Shown: one piece after another, positions 43,818 to 53,579 of the stretch
How the letters are laid out: each line of letters opens with the position of its first letter
How positions within the stretch are numbered: position 1 is the stretch's first letter
Sequence record: OP557969.1
Reading direction: 5' to 3' (one strand)
DNA: 64,000 bases
Position numbers and translations under genes: made by a program
Notes under the pieces: model-generated
Seen by the model: the letters and a program-made list of their open reading frames with translations, nothing else
Told to the model about the DNA's origin: nothing
Database searches by the model: none

Positions 43818-44156
43818 ATGGAACAATATTTTGAATTAATTAATAAAGTGTCATTCTATGTAGTGTCATTGACGTGGGTTTATTTCATGTTTTGCTACAT
43901 TATTGCATTCTTCCGATATACTACTTTATATGAACGTATCTATTATGATGCACCAATTTCATTCTTGGTGTTCTGTGCATGTACGTGGGGAATATTAGAA
44001 GTACTGATATGTGGATATAGAACTGATGAATTAAATCTGGTATCGGTATTGACTGGGTTATCACTTGGTGTTATGATATCTTTCTTTCCAGTATGGTTGT
44101 TCTTTGAACTGATCCATCGCATTGATGTATGGCGTTCTAATATCCCTGAAAAATAA
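43818..44156 (+). CDS. three-TM membrane protein family, array A
   Basis: TM1-FFRY, C-terminal WRSNIPEK. Confidence 0.8.
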   Translation: MEQYFELINKVSFYVVSLTWVYFMFCYIIAFFRYTTLYERIYYDAPISFLVFCACTWGILEVLICGYRTDELNLVSVLTGLSLGVMISFFPVWLFFELIHRIDVWRSNIPEK

Positions 44157-44159
44157 GGA

Positions 44160-44507
44160 TTGATAATGATTTTCTACACTAATTCGTTTGCTTATGCTAT
44201 TGCATCAATCTACATTGTGTACTTCTTATTTGGTGGAGTACTGTACTTCTTTAAGTACAAAACATTGTTTAACAGAATGTATCCAAATCACCCAATTGTA
44301 GTAGTACTTTTGATAATTTCTGTTGCTCATATCATTGTAGAAACAATAATGGGTATCAGTGCAGTACATTACAGTCTAGGTACTATTGTAATTATTACTA
44401 TGATCATAGCATACATTTTAGTAATGGGTTCTGGTTTATTTGGGAATGTAGCAATGAAAATGTATAATCGAATCAAAACATTACGTGATAATCTACCGGA
44501 GCGTTGA
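44160..44507 (+). CDS. three-TM membrane protein family, array A
   Basis: TM1-YFFKY, C-terminal LRDNLPER. Confidence 0.8.
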   Translation: MIMIFYTNSFAYAIASIYIVYFLFGGVLYFFKYKTLFNRMYPNHPIVVVLLIISVAHIIVETIMGISAVHYSLGTIVIITMIIAYILVMGSGLFGNVAMKMYNRIKTLRDNLPER

Positions 44508-44853
44508 GTTGTATAATTTAAATTTAATATCATATATCATAACAACAATGTTTACTTTCTATGCCTTTGTTGGTATAATCCTACTGTACTTTAAATTTTA
44601 TAAAGTCTTTGACCGTTTATTTCCATCATTGGAACATGAATTCTTATTGGTGATGTACATCTGTTTAACGTGTATGTCTACATTTTTCACTGTATTTGAT
44701 GGTATCATTGGTATTAAAGCTGAATATCCAAATGGAAGTACACTTGTTGCCTTTATACTGGTAGGATTCTTCGGTACTTATATCACTTTCATTTCAACAT
44801 GGTCTGTGGTTGATTATCTCATTAGATTACGAAATAAAATGCCAAATCGATAG
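44485..44853 (+). CDS. three-TM membrane protein family, array A
   Basis: TM1-YFKFY, C-terminal LRNKMPNR; start uncertain. Confidence 0.75.
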   Translation: MIIYRSVELYNLNLISYIITTMFTFYAFVGIILLYFKFYKVFDRLFPSLEHEFLLVMYICLTCMSTFFTVFDGIIGIKAEYPNGSTLVAFILVGFFGTYITFISTWSVVDYLIRLRNKMPNR

Positions 44854-44862
44854 GGGATTGCT

Positions 44863-45120
44863 ATGTTTGCATTGCGTAATAAAAATACAAAAGAGATTCT
44901 ATGTATCTCAGCAGTATGGGATTGTGCAGGAAGTGAAATGATCCTCGAAGAAGGTTCAGGTGATTGTGTTTATGTTGTTCAGGATCGTCGTGAACTTGAA
45001 TCATTACTTGATGAATTTAATGCTGGTGGTAATCCTAAAAGTACTGAATTCCCTGTGATTATTAATCCAGCATCACCTGGTTCTTATGAAATTCTACAAC
45101 TGTGGGAGATGGATAAGTAA
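44863..45120 (+). CDS. hypothetical protein
   Basis: Similar to 46992..47261 (MF/YAL.NK.....). Confidence 0.75.
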   Translation: MFALRNKNTKEILCISAVWDCAGSEMILEEGSGDCVYVVQDRRELESLLDEFNAGGNPKSTEFPVIINPASPGSYEILQLWEMDK

Positions 45121-45500
45121 TGCGTCAAATGTACAAAGTAACCGAGCTAAACAAGCGTCTGATTAAACAATCAATGTTCGAGGACAAAGAGTCTTATTAT
45201 AACTTTAAACGTGCTGTAGAGGCTGCTATCCATATCCAGAAGCTTAAAGATAGTGGTTGTATTATTCTCGAAAATGGTTCTGATGTTGTAACGGATGACT
45301 TTAGTGTAGCGTTTGATGTTTCACCAGATGGCACACTATCAATGCCACGATTAGGAACTGGAAACATGACTGTTTGGGTCGGCTTCACTATGGGTAATGT
45401 ACCAGACACGGTGTATGTAGATGATATTGAGTTGAAAGAAAGCTTCAAAAACTTATCTTATCTTGAACCACAATACGCACATGAAATGAATTTATTTTGA
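45120..45500 (+). CDS. hypothetical protein
   Basis: TAATG coupling. Confidence 0.75.
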   Translation: MRQMYKVTELNKRLIKQSMFEDKESYYNFKRAVEAAIHIQKLKDSGCIILENGSDVVTDDFSVAFDVSPDGTLSMPRLGTGNMTVWVGFTMGNVPDTVYVDDIELKESFKNLSYLEPQYAHEMNLF

Positions 45501-45576
45501 GTTGACAAACAGATTTAGTACTGTATAATGTTTACCAACGGGATGAATTTCCCATCCCTACTATCGAGGAATTACC

Positions 45577-46131
45577 ATGATTACTTTTAAGAAAACAGCT
45601 AACCATATCCATGAAATTTACATTAACGGTCATAAAGCTGGGCTTCTTCGCTTACTGGCACATCATCCTAATGTAGACGTATCTGATAATGAACCTAAAG
45701 ATTGGCGTGTCTTTTTCTTTGGAAAGTACAGTGATTTTCAAGTATCAAATCTGAAGAATATTCGTTCAGTATGCACGTTAACTGAAATTAAAGAAAAGTT
45801 AGCAGAAGCACTGAAAACCAATCCAAATGGAATCCTTCCTCCTGATAACTTTGTAGATAAAGGTTATGCTTTAGCTCATTTCAAAGATGGTACTATTCAA
45901 TCTATTAGTACTGAATATGAATATCACTGGACTGAGTACTTCACTTATGGCTCACCTAATACATTGATGGCTTCACGTAGTAAATTGGAAGAAGTACTGA
46001 CGCGTATTAATGAACGCGAGCGTCAGTTCTATGACAAACCAGAAATGTGGAGTTCAACTTACATTGACCGTATTGACTATGTTATTATGACTCCAATCTT
46101 TAACACTGCTTACTATGATTCTTTGAAATAA
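45577..46131 (+). CDS. hypothetical protein
   Basis: TTGACA promoter at about 45502; GGAGGA RBS. Confidence 0.85.
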   Translation: MITFKKTANHIHEIYINGHKAGLLRLLAHHPNVDVSDNEPKDWRVFFFGKYSDFQVSNLKNIRSVCTLTEIKEKLAEALKTNPNGILPPDNFVDKGYALAHFKDGTIQSISTEYEYHWTEYFTYGSPNTLMASRSKLEEVLTRINERERQFYDKPEMWSSTYIDRIDYVIMTPIFNTAYYDSLK

Positions 46132-46142
46132 GGATAACTTAT

Positions 46143-46319
46143 ATGAAACTACGTACTCGTAATCGCCTGATGGATGCACTGTATCATGAACAGTATTCAT
46201 TAAATGAAGTAAAGCGTCAGCTAATGTATACATATCAGTTACCAGCCCGTACTGCGAAACAGCGTGCTAAAGAATTACTGAAAGAAGCTATCGAGTACTG
46301 GGAATCCGATTCGTATTAA
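46143..46319 (+). CDS. small hypothetical protein (58 aa, not in ORF track)
   Basis: MKLRTRNRLMDALYHEQ...YWESDSY; AAGGA RBS. Confidence 0.65.
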   Translation: MKLRTRNRLMDALYHEQYSLNEVKRQLMYTYQLPARTAKQRAKELLKEAIEYWESDSY

Positions 46320-46358
46320 TATTACGTGATATGTCACATTAATTAAGTGAGACGATAA

Positions 46359-46610
46359 ATGAAAATTTTATTAGTTCTAATACTACTAATTGTTTTACCA
46401 TTTACTTTAGTATCTCCTGAACTTGCATGGAATGTGTTTGTGTACTTGGTATGTACTATTGCGGTAAATGGTATCTTGTTCTTAGTTCTATTCATAAATG
46501 GAATAGGACACGGTGGTGGATGGACCAGTACTGCTAATATTGTACATAAAACCACTATGTCTTTATTTGTAGTGTGGAATTTATTCTGGACTTGGTTTGT
46601 GTTCTTCTAA
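46359..46610 (+). CDS. membrane protein
   Basis: Three hydrophobic segments. Confidence 0.7.
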   Translation: MKILLVLILLIVLPFTLVSPELAWNVFVYLVCTIAVNGILFLVLFINGIGHGGGWTSTANIVHKTTMSLFVVWNLFWTWFVFF

Positions 46611-46618
46611 TTAAAAAT

Positions 46619-46990
46619 ATGAATATAGATTTGAAAGGTTCAACACGAACTGTTATCCTTATTGGTGATTATGCTATTAAGATTCCAACCTTTAAAAGTT
46701 GGAAGTTATTCCTAACTGGAATGATAGCGAACCTCAATGAACGTTCATGGATGCAGTACTCCAATCGTAGTGATAGTGGAATATCCCCTACGCTGTGGTC
46801 CTCTCGTACTGGTTTAATAACAGTACAGAAACGTTGTAAACCTGTACAACATAGGGGTTTATTTTGGGTTGAGTTGTGTGCGTTGGCATCAAAATCAGAG
46901 TTGAATACTGACTTCTTCTATTCAGATGCGAAGCCAGAAAACTTTGGGTATCTGTGTGGTAAGTTGGTTAAACTTGATTATGGAGATTAA
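46619..46990 (+). CDS. minimal protein-kinase-like protein (123 aa)
   Basis: GSTRTV, YAIKIP, ANLNE, DAKPENFG, LVKLDYG. Confidence 0.65.
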   Translation: MNIDLKGSTRTVILIGDYAIKIPTFKSWKLFLTGMIANLNERSWMQYSNRSDSGISPTLWSSRTGLITVQKRCKPVQHRGLFWVELCALASKSELNTDFFYSDAKPENFGYLCGKLVKLDYGD

Positions 46991-46991
46991 T

Positions 46992-47261
46992 ATGTACGCA
47001 TTGTATAATAAAGAAAAGAAACGATTTGCTAAGGTTGAAATTTCGATTGATACATTTGACATGTTGGAGTACTGTATTGTAACGGATTTATATGCTAACT
47101 TGTATTACGTTCTTGATGACGTATCAGTACTGCAACGATTGCTTGAGAATTCCAAAAGTCAATGCCAGGGCATCTATGATGGTTCATCTTATGAAACACC
47201 TGAGTGTTCCTACGGCTATCTGGACGGGTATGAGATTGTAAAGTTGGGGATTGTTGAATAA
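46992..47261 (+). CDS. hypothetical protein
   Basis: GGAG RBS; start moved to 46992. Confidence 0.75.
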   Translation: MYALYNKEKKRFAKVEISIDTFDMLEYCIVTDLYANLYYVLDDVSVLQRLLENSKSQCQGIYDGSSYETPECSYGYLDGYEIVKLGIVE

Positions 47262-47273
47262 ATTGATTAAACA

Positions 47274-47687
47274 ATGAAGAAGTGTATCGCATGTAATATT
47301 GAAAAAGACATTAGTGAATTTGGTATAAGAAAAGATACTGGGAAACATAGAAATACATGCAAAGGTTGTAGTAATATTACCAGTAAGAAAACCAGAAATA
47401 AAAAAACTGATGTCAAAAAGCTTGAAGAAATCAAAAGAAAAAATAAAGATTTCATGACCAGAGTTAAATCATTTTATGGATGTAGTATTTGTGCGATGAA
47501 GTATCCAGAATGTTTAGACTTTCACCATCTTGACCCTAATACTAAAGAACATACACCAAGTTCTATGTTCAGTAAAAGTCGAGATGCTATCAAAGATGAA
47601 ATTCGAAAGTGTATGATTCTTTGTTCTAATCATCATCGCATGGTCCATTCTGGAAGACTATGTTTAATTGAAAGAAAAAAGGGTTGA
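47274..47687 (+). CDS. zinc-finger HNH endonuclease
   Basis: CxxC...CxxC N-terminus; CSIC...LDFHH.DP..K...CMILCSNHH. Confidence 0.8.
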   Translation: MKKCIACNIEKDISEFGIRKDTGKHRNTCKGCSNITSKKTRNKKTDVKKLEEIKRKNKDFMTRVKSFYGCSICAMKYPECLDFHHLDPNTKEHTPSSMFSKSRDAIKDEIRKCMILCSNHHRMVHSGRLCLIERKKG

Positions 47688-47743
47688 CTTCTGTCAGCCC
47701 TTTTTGTTATAATCATTTCATCGAAGCTTGAGGATATTAAAAA

Positions 47744-48226
47744 ATGAACTACTTAGATTTGATTAACTCATATGTAATTAGCCCATATATTAACGATGAA
47801 AGTATTAAATGTGTAGTATCAGTTGAGGATCACCCAACTGGTGCATTAAAACTATTTGGTGCAGGTCAAATTAACAACCGCAACGGGTATACATTTGAAT
47901 ATTTACCATCAAGTGATAAGTTTGGATGTTATGACCACGAAACAAATAAGGGATATATTTGGGGAACACACTTAAGTATTGCACAATCTTCGCTTTTCGA
48001 AGACCATAATGGGTATATGTGGCGATATTTGGGTGCAGTACTGCTTGATATCGCCCGTAGGTATAAGAAGTGTATAACATTAACTTATACTCATACAAAT
48101 GAATATAAAAACGAAGTTCAAGTTAATGATGAGGAATTTTTTAAAAATATTCCTTATATTGATTTTAACTGTCAAAATGGTTATGCTACATACCCAGCAA
48201 GTTTTGAAGGTGAAAGATACTTTTAA
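47744..48226 (+). CDS. hypothetical protein
   Basis: GAGGA RBS. Confidence 0.8.
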   Translation: MNYLDLINSYVISPYINDESIKCVVSVEDHPTGALKLFGAGQINNRNGYTFEYLPSSDKFGCYDHETNKGYIWGTHLSIAQSSLFEDHNGYMWRYLGAVLLDIARRYKKCITLTYTHTNEYKNEVQVNDEEFFKNIPYIDFNCQNGYATYPASFEGERYF

Positions 48227-48319
48227 AAAAGAGTTGATTTAAAATGTATAAGTGATATACTTATCATATCAAGACGAAACAACAACCAACATGTAAACGC
48301 TACTAATTAGGAGACACAC

Positions 48320-48730
48320 ATGATCAACAAACATTTCGCAGTTTCCAAAACTGTAACCATCGATAATGAATGGGAAATTACCATTCTAAATGATACGGCT
48401 CGTGGACTACTGGCAGAGAATATTCTCCAGAAGTATATTGACTGTGAATCTGAGTTGATCATTCATGAACGCACTAAATTTCTTCTAATTGGTGGAAAGA
48501 AATGTAAAGTTCTGGTATTCACTGACAAAATGACCCGTGCAGATATCATTACTAAATTGGTTAGTTCTTCACGTCATCGTCCAGGTGTTAATAGATCAAT
48601 CGATGAGATTAAAGAAATGAAGCCAGGTGATTTATTCATTGTCGCGGGGTTTGATTCAAAAACGAGAAAAATGAGTATTTCAGAAATGTATACTAATGCT
48701 GAAATGCGTAATAAATTCTTTTCTAACTAA
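48320..48730 (+). CDS. hypothetical protein
   Basis: Own promoter; AGGAG RBS. Confidence 0.8.
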   Translation: MINKHFAVSKTVTIDNEWEITILNDTARGLLAENILQKYIDCESELIIHERTKFLLIGGKKCKVLVFTDKMTRADIITKLVSSSRHRPGVNRSIDEIKEMKPGDLFIVAGFDSKTRKMSISEMYTNAEMRNKFFSN

Positions 48731-48776
48731 TCAACCCGTGTAGTGTAATTTTATACACATTTTAGATGGATAAAAT

Positions 48777-49982
48777 ATGATCTTCGAAACTGAAAAAACA
48801 TTACTTGAAACTTACACTTTGGATAATCTAGTTAAACTTAACCTTGAACGACCAGATATCCAACGCAATTGGCAATGGAAAAATAATAACCAAAACAATC
48901 TTATTATTTCTATTCTAAAGAATTCTCCAATTGGTCAATTTTTGGTATGGAATGAAACTAGCTCGAATACTATGTACATCACTGATGGTCGTCATCGCTA
49001 TACAGTAATTTCAAACTTCATGAACAATAAATTTCCAGTCACTGTTAGAACTGAAGATGGGACTAAGGATTATTATTATGGTTCTGATGATCCAGTAGAA
49101 GAAGAAAACATTTCACTGAAACTTGGTGGAAAACGTAAAACATGGGATTTTTTATCTAAAGAAGAGCGTGATGCGTTTCGTGCAAAGGAAGTATCAGTAA
49201 CATTCGTTCATACCGACGATGCTGAAAAGATTTCAGATATGTTTATTGCAATTAATACTGCATCATCTAATCTATGTAAAGTGGATTTGTTAGTATGTAA
49301 GCACCACACAAATACATATATGAAACGTATTGATAAGCTATTTTCAATTGAGTTTGGTAAAGATGAACCCATGGCATCATTAGTTAGTGATTTTTACCGT
49401 GCAATCGGTCATTGTTGTGTTAATGGTAATCATGAGAAACACTTATCAAAGCTTAAAGCTAACCCTAAAGTACAGAAGCGTGAATTTTTTGAAATGTTCT
49501 TTATGGTCAAAGCGTTCGCGAAATTATGTGCTAGTGCACTAGATGGTAAGCTAAACTCATACCGTATGCCAAAGATGAACCAACAAATTGAAGAAGCAAT
49601 TATTAGTACTGAATCTCTTAGTGAGAAACATGCTGATGCTGATTTTGTTCAGTTTGTTAATGCAGTTCGTGAGATGAATTTAGTATCACCTGTAAAATCT
49701 GCACAAAAATTTCAATTTATCCATGAAGATATGAAGAATACCTTTAATAAGAGACTCTTTTGTATTTTGATGGGATTGTTTTATGCTTATGGTACAAGAT
49801 TGCCATTACATTTTCGTGATGTATGGGGTGACATTTATAATGAAATGTCAGAAAAAAGTTCAGAACTACCTACTAATGGAACCGATAGTCCTTCCGCAAT
49901 TTTAGCTGGCATTGAAATGATTGAACCATACTTTAGTTCAGCATTCAATAATATTCCATTGAGTGCTTACGTGGGAAAGTGA
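48777..49982 (+). CDS. DUF262 (GmrSD-N / ParB-like) domain protein
   Basis: RPDIQRNWQW, LIISILKNSPIG, ITDGRHR, DMFIAINT match the DUF262 QR..W / SI..P / DGQQR / F..IN motifs. Confidence 0.8.
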   Translation: MIFETEKTLLETYTLDNLVKLNLERPDIQRNWQWKNNNQNNLIISILKNSPIGQFLVWNETSSNTMYITDGRHRYTVISNFMNNKFPVTVRTEDGTKDYYYGSDDPVEEENISLKLGGKRKTWDFLSKEERDAFRAKEVSVTFVHTDDAEKISDMFIAINTASSNLCKVDLLVCKHHTNTYMKRIDKLFSIEFGKDEPMASLVSDFYRAIGHCCVNGNHEKHLSKLKANPKVQKREFFEMFFMVKAFAKLCASALDGKLNSYRMPKMNQQIEEAIISTESLSEKHADADFVQFVNAVREMNLVSPVKSAQKFQFIHEDMKNTFNKRLFCILMGLFYAYGTRLPLHFRDVWGDIYNEMSEKSSELPTNGTDSPSAILAGIEMIEPYFSSAFNNIPLSAYVGK

Positions 49983-50191
49983 AAAAACGTGGTGTACTAA
50001 ATACACTACAAAAACAATATCTTTTGAAAAGATATTCTTTGTGTTATCTTTGTGGACAGAAGATATCGGATTCAGATATACTACATTTTGACCATGTTCA
50101 ATCATTAAAAGATGGTGGTAGTAATGAATTAAGTAATATACGACCAACGCACTCCATTTGTAATTTACGTAAAGGTGCTAAGAGTATGTAA
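49979..50191 (+). CDS. small HNH endonuclease (70 aa)
   Basis: CYLCG...HFDHV.....GGSN...NIRPTHSICNLRKG; GTGA overlap with the DUF262 stop. Confidence 0.85.
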   Translation: MKKRGVLNTLQKQYLLKRYSLCYLCGQKISDSDILHFDHVQSLKDGGSNELSNIRPTHSICNLRKGAKSM

Positions 50192-50240
50192 AGCTAATAC
50201 TCCCCAAAGATGGGGAGTATATATAATTAAAGGGATTTAT

Positions 50241-51077
50241 ATGAGTATTAAAAATAAATTAGATCAGTATTATACAAATCCAGAGTATGCTAAAAAATGT
50301 TATACTAAATCATTAGAGTTTATTTCGTCTCGAATGGACATTAATTCATCTTATTATATGGAGCCTTGTGTTGGGACTGGTTCGTTTTATCTACAGTTTC
50401 CTGAATCCCGTCGATTTGGGTGTGACATTGATCCGGTACATCTTGATGAAAATGTTATCCATTCCGATTTTTTACTTGAATTTGGTATCAATGCAAGAAG
50501 TAAAGGTGAACCAATACTTGTTATAAGTAATCCACCTTTTGGAAAAATTTCTTCTTTAGCCATTAAGTTTTTTAATAAATGTGCATCAATGCCTGAAGTG
50601 AAATATATTTGTTTTATTGTCCCTATGACATTTCGAAAAGCAGCAACACAAAATAAACTCAATGAGATGTTTCACCTGGTATTGGATGAAGATTCTCCAA
50701 ATGACGCTTTTATACTGCACGGAGAACCACATCATGTACCATGCGTGTTTCAGATATGGGAACGTAGGGATACAGTTCGTGAGAAACATGAGATTAAGAA
50801 CAAATCAGACTATTTCGATTATTGTACTAAGGAAGAGGCTGATGTTTTTATAAAACGTGTAGGAACCAAAGCAGGTGAGTATGCCGAGCCAGGGAAAGAA
50901 CACAAAGATGCAAGTATGTACTACATCAAAACTAAGTATGTTGATGAAATCATTAAGGTTTTGAAAAGTAAAGATTACCTTGATGAGATAAAACGTATAC
51001 GTAAAACCACAGCAGGGGTATACTGTGTGTCCAAATCTGAAATCGTTCTTAATATTGAAAAACGTTTGAATCTTTGA
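50241..51077 (+). CDS. DNA amino-methyltransferase (N6-A or N4-C), gamma-type motif order
   Basis: DQYYT, motif I EPCVGTGSF, motif IV SNPPFG. Confidence 0.8.
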   Translation: MSIKNKLDQYYTNPEYAKKCYTKSLEFISSRMDINSSYYMEPCVGTGSFYLQFPESRRFGCDIDPVHLDENVIHSDFLLEFGINARSKGEPILVISNPPFGKISSLAIKFFNKCASMPEVKYICFIVPMTFRKAATQNKLNEMFHLVLDEDSPNDAFILHGEPHHVPCVFQIWERRDTVREKHEIKNKSDYFDYCTKEEADVFIKRVGTKAGEYAEPGKEHKDASMYYIKTKYVDEIIKVLKSKDYLDEIKRIRKTTAGVYCVSKSEIVLNIEKRLNL

Positions 51078-51145
51078 AAATTATAGGTTGACTTCGGTCA
51101 GCCTTTATTGTTATAATCATTTTATATAAACAAGAGGATGATTAC

Positions 51146-51649
51146 ATGACACGCATTAATTTAGTACACGTTAAAGAGCTTGCTGACCAACATTTGATGG
51201 CTGAATATCGTGAACTTCCACGGGTGTTCGGTGCTGTACAAAAACACGTCCAAGCACGTAAGAGTGTCCGTAATTTCAAAATTAACAGTACTTATCTGTT
51301 AGGTTCAGGTCATGTGACATTTTTCTACGACAAGTTACTGTACTTACAAAAGCGTCATGTTGAGATTGTCAACGAATGTTTGCGTCGTGGTATGAAGATT
51401 CAAAACACAGAAGTAAACGACATTAGCAGCTTCCCTGATGAGTTTTGTAATGACTACGTACCTTCGGAGTCAGAGATTAAAATGTCTCGTGACCGTTTGA
51501 TTGAGAAGCTCCAGATGAAGCCTAAGTGGTATAAGTTTACTGCTGTTGAAATTCCACAGTACGTTAAAGATATGCAGAACGTAAAATCTAGTACTGATAT
51601 GTTCGAAGAAATTGAAGAGCAAATCAAAGATGAAATGAATAATTATTAA
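51146..51649 (+). CDS. denV: endonuclease V, pyrimidine-dimer DNA glycosylase
   Basis: MTRINL...[19 protein letters not shown]...[13 protein letters not shown] as in T4 DenV. Confidence 0.95.
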   Translation: MTRINLVHVKELADQHLMAEYRELPRVFGAVQKHVQARKSVRNFKINSTYLLGSGHVTFFYDKLLYLQKRHVEIVNECLRRGMKIQNTEVNDISSFPDEFCNDYVPSESEIKMSRDRLIEKLQMKPKWYKFTAVEIPQYVKDMQNVKSSTDMFEEIEEQIKDEMNNY

Positions 51650-51716
51650 AGGTAAGGGTTGACTTCGGTCAACCCTTTTTGCTATAATCATTTCATCAAC
51701 TACAGAGGGTAACGAA

Positions 51717-52490
51717 ATGAACCGTACAGAAAAAGCACTTCAAATCGAAAAAAACTTCAACTCTATGATGGCAGCACTGGAATGTCTTCTGGATACACAA
51801 ACCAACTCCATCAATTCTTTGATTGTATCAGGAAAAGGTGGTGTTGGTAAAACTTACAACGTTGACCAGCGTTTACGGAAAGCGGATGATAACTTTGAAA
51901 TTGACTACAAAAAAATCAGTGGTAAAGTAACTACTGTGGGTCTGTACGAAGCACTGTATCGTTCACGTCATGCTGCTTCTGTACTGTTGCTGGATGATGT
52001 TGATATCTTCTCTGATGAGACTAACATTGACTTACTCAAAGCTGTATTGGATACATCTGAAAAGCGTGTAGTATCATATGCAACATCTGCTAAGTACCTT
52101 GAACAGCAGGGTATTCCTAAGCAGTTTGAATTCCGTGGTAAGGTTATCTTCCTGACGAACAAAAACCTGTCACAGATTGCTAAAGGTAAAAGTAGTTTAG
52201 CACCACACATCGATGCACTTATTACTCGTAGCATCTTTGTTGACCTGCAACTGTTTACAAATGAAGAAGTAATGATTCACATTGAAAACATTATGAACAA
52301 AACAAACATCCTTGAAAACAATGGTGTTAACAAAAATGGTTGCAAAGCAATTCTGAATTGGATGCTGAACAATGAAGATCGTCTGCGTAGCCCATCACTG
52401 CGTATGCCAGTACTGATCGCTGGTTTGTATAATAAATTCCCATACGACTGGGAGTCAATGGCAGAGAATATGTTCCTTGAGAAAATTTAA
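51717..52490 (+). CDS. AAA+ ATPase
   Basis: Walker A GKGGVGKT, Walker B LLLDDVD, FLTN sensor, TRS Arg-finger-like. Confidence 0.85.
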   Translation: MNRTEKALQIEKNFNSMMAALECLLDTQTNSINSLIVSGKGGVGKTYNVDQRLRKADDNFEIDYKKISGKVTTVGLYEALYRSRHAASVLLLDDVDIFSDETNIDLLKAVLDTSEKRVVSYATSAKYLEQQGIPKQFEFRGKVIFLTNKNLSQIAKGKSSLAPHIDALITRSIFVDLQLFTNEEVMIHIENIMNKTNILENNGVNKNGCKAILNWMLNNEDRLRSPSLRMPVLIAGLYNKFPYDWESMAENMFLEKI

Positions 52491-52552
52491 TTATATGTGT
52501 TGACGATTCTACTATAGTGTAGTACTATAATACTTCATTCTGGAGATACGAT

Positions 52553-52894
52553 ATGCTTGAGTTTTTTAATTCAAATACAATGCTTGGTATTACTTTAATT
52601 TACATGTTTGTATTTTTGTTTTATCATTCAATTGTAATTAGCCTGTGGTATTTTAAAAGGAAAGTTGTTTTTAAATTGTATTCGTATGATAATGTATTCT
52701 TAGTTGTATATAGTATTGTACAAGGTGGGTTTATTTTATTTGGTATTATGACTTATTTCATTTATCGATTGGAAATTGATAATACACCACACATTACACA
52801 ATATGTTGTGTTTTCTGGACTAATCGTGTGGTTGTTGACATGTGTCGTGTACTTTATTATTAAAGCTCGTGACAAAATTAAAGGGGAATTCTAA
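52553..52894 (+). CDS. three-TM membrane protein family, array B
   Basis: LWYFKRK; C-terminal ARDKIKGEF. Confidence 0.85.
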   Translation: MLEFFNSNTMLGITLIYMFVFLFYHSIVISLWYFKRKVVFKLYSYDNVFLVVYSIVQGGFILFGIMTYFIYRLEIDNTPHITQYVVFSGLIVWLLTCVVYFIIKARDKIKGEF

Positions 52895-53232
52895 TGTTAA
52901 CATTTTTTCAGTCAGATACAATGATTAGTATTACGTTGATTTATCTGTTTGGATTTTTCTTTTATCATGCACTAGTTGTAGTACTATGGTATTTTAAAAA
53001 GAATATAGTTTTCAAACTGTATCCTAAAGGAAACGTTTCATTACTTCTTTTCACTATTATCCAAGGTATCTTTGCAATTTTTGGTATTACTGCACATTTA
53101 ATTTATTGTGCTAATCCACATTTGAACTCAATATCACAATACATTGTATTTTTTGGATTACTAATTTGGGTACTAATATACGTAACTAATCTCATCATTA
53201 ATGGTAGAGCTAAAATTCACGGAGACTTTTAA
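52894..53232 (+). CDS. three-TM membrane protein family, array B
   Basis: Close paralog of the previous gene. Confidence 0.85.
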   Translation: MLTFFQSDTMISITLIYLFGFFFYHALVVVLWYFKKNIVFKLYPKGNVSLLLFTIIQGIFAIFGITAHLIYCANPHLNSISQYIVFFGLLIWVLIYVTNLIINGRAKIHGDF

Positions 53233-53579
53233 TGTTTGAATCTTATCTTGACTTTTTAAGGAATAGTCCAGTAGCACACTCACTTGCTGGGATTGTTCTA
53301 TCAGGCTATATCACATTTTGGGTAGTTATGTTTCTAGGATGGTATTTTAAACGACAATTCTATAAGCGTAACGGTGAAGATTTTATGAATTCTGCTATTA
53401 ATCAATCGTTGTTTGCATCAACATTGATAGCATCAATTGTAGCAACACTCACTGGTGCAGTTCTATCAGCATTCGCCGCAGTTTACGGCACACTTGGAGT
53501 GGTATGTTTATCTTTAATATTGATCATTAAACTTTGTTGTGTTATGATTGAACTTCGAAATAAGATACCGGAGGAATGA
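53232..53579 (+). CDS. three-TM membrane protein family, array B
   Basis: GWYFKRQ; LRNKIPEE. Confidence 0.85.
   Translation: MFESYLDFLRNSPVAHSLAGIVLSGYITFWVVMFLGWYFKRQFYKRNGEDFMNSAINQSLFASTLIASIVATLTGAVLSAFAAVYGTLGVVCLSLILIIKLCCVMIELRNKIPEE

Larger units (their letters stand above)
38649..51688 (+). repeat. six terminator-promoter modules GGTTGACTTCGGTCA(G/A)CC-T-tract-TA(T)AAT-like
   Basis: Copies at about 38649, 41432, 42768, 47680, 51086 and 51656. Confidence 0.9.
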
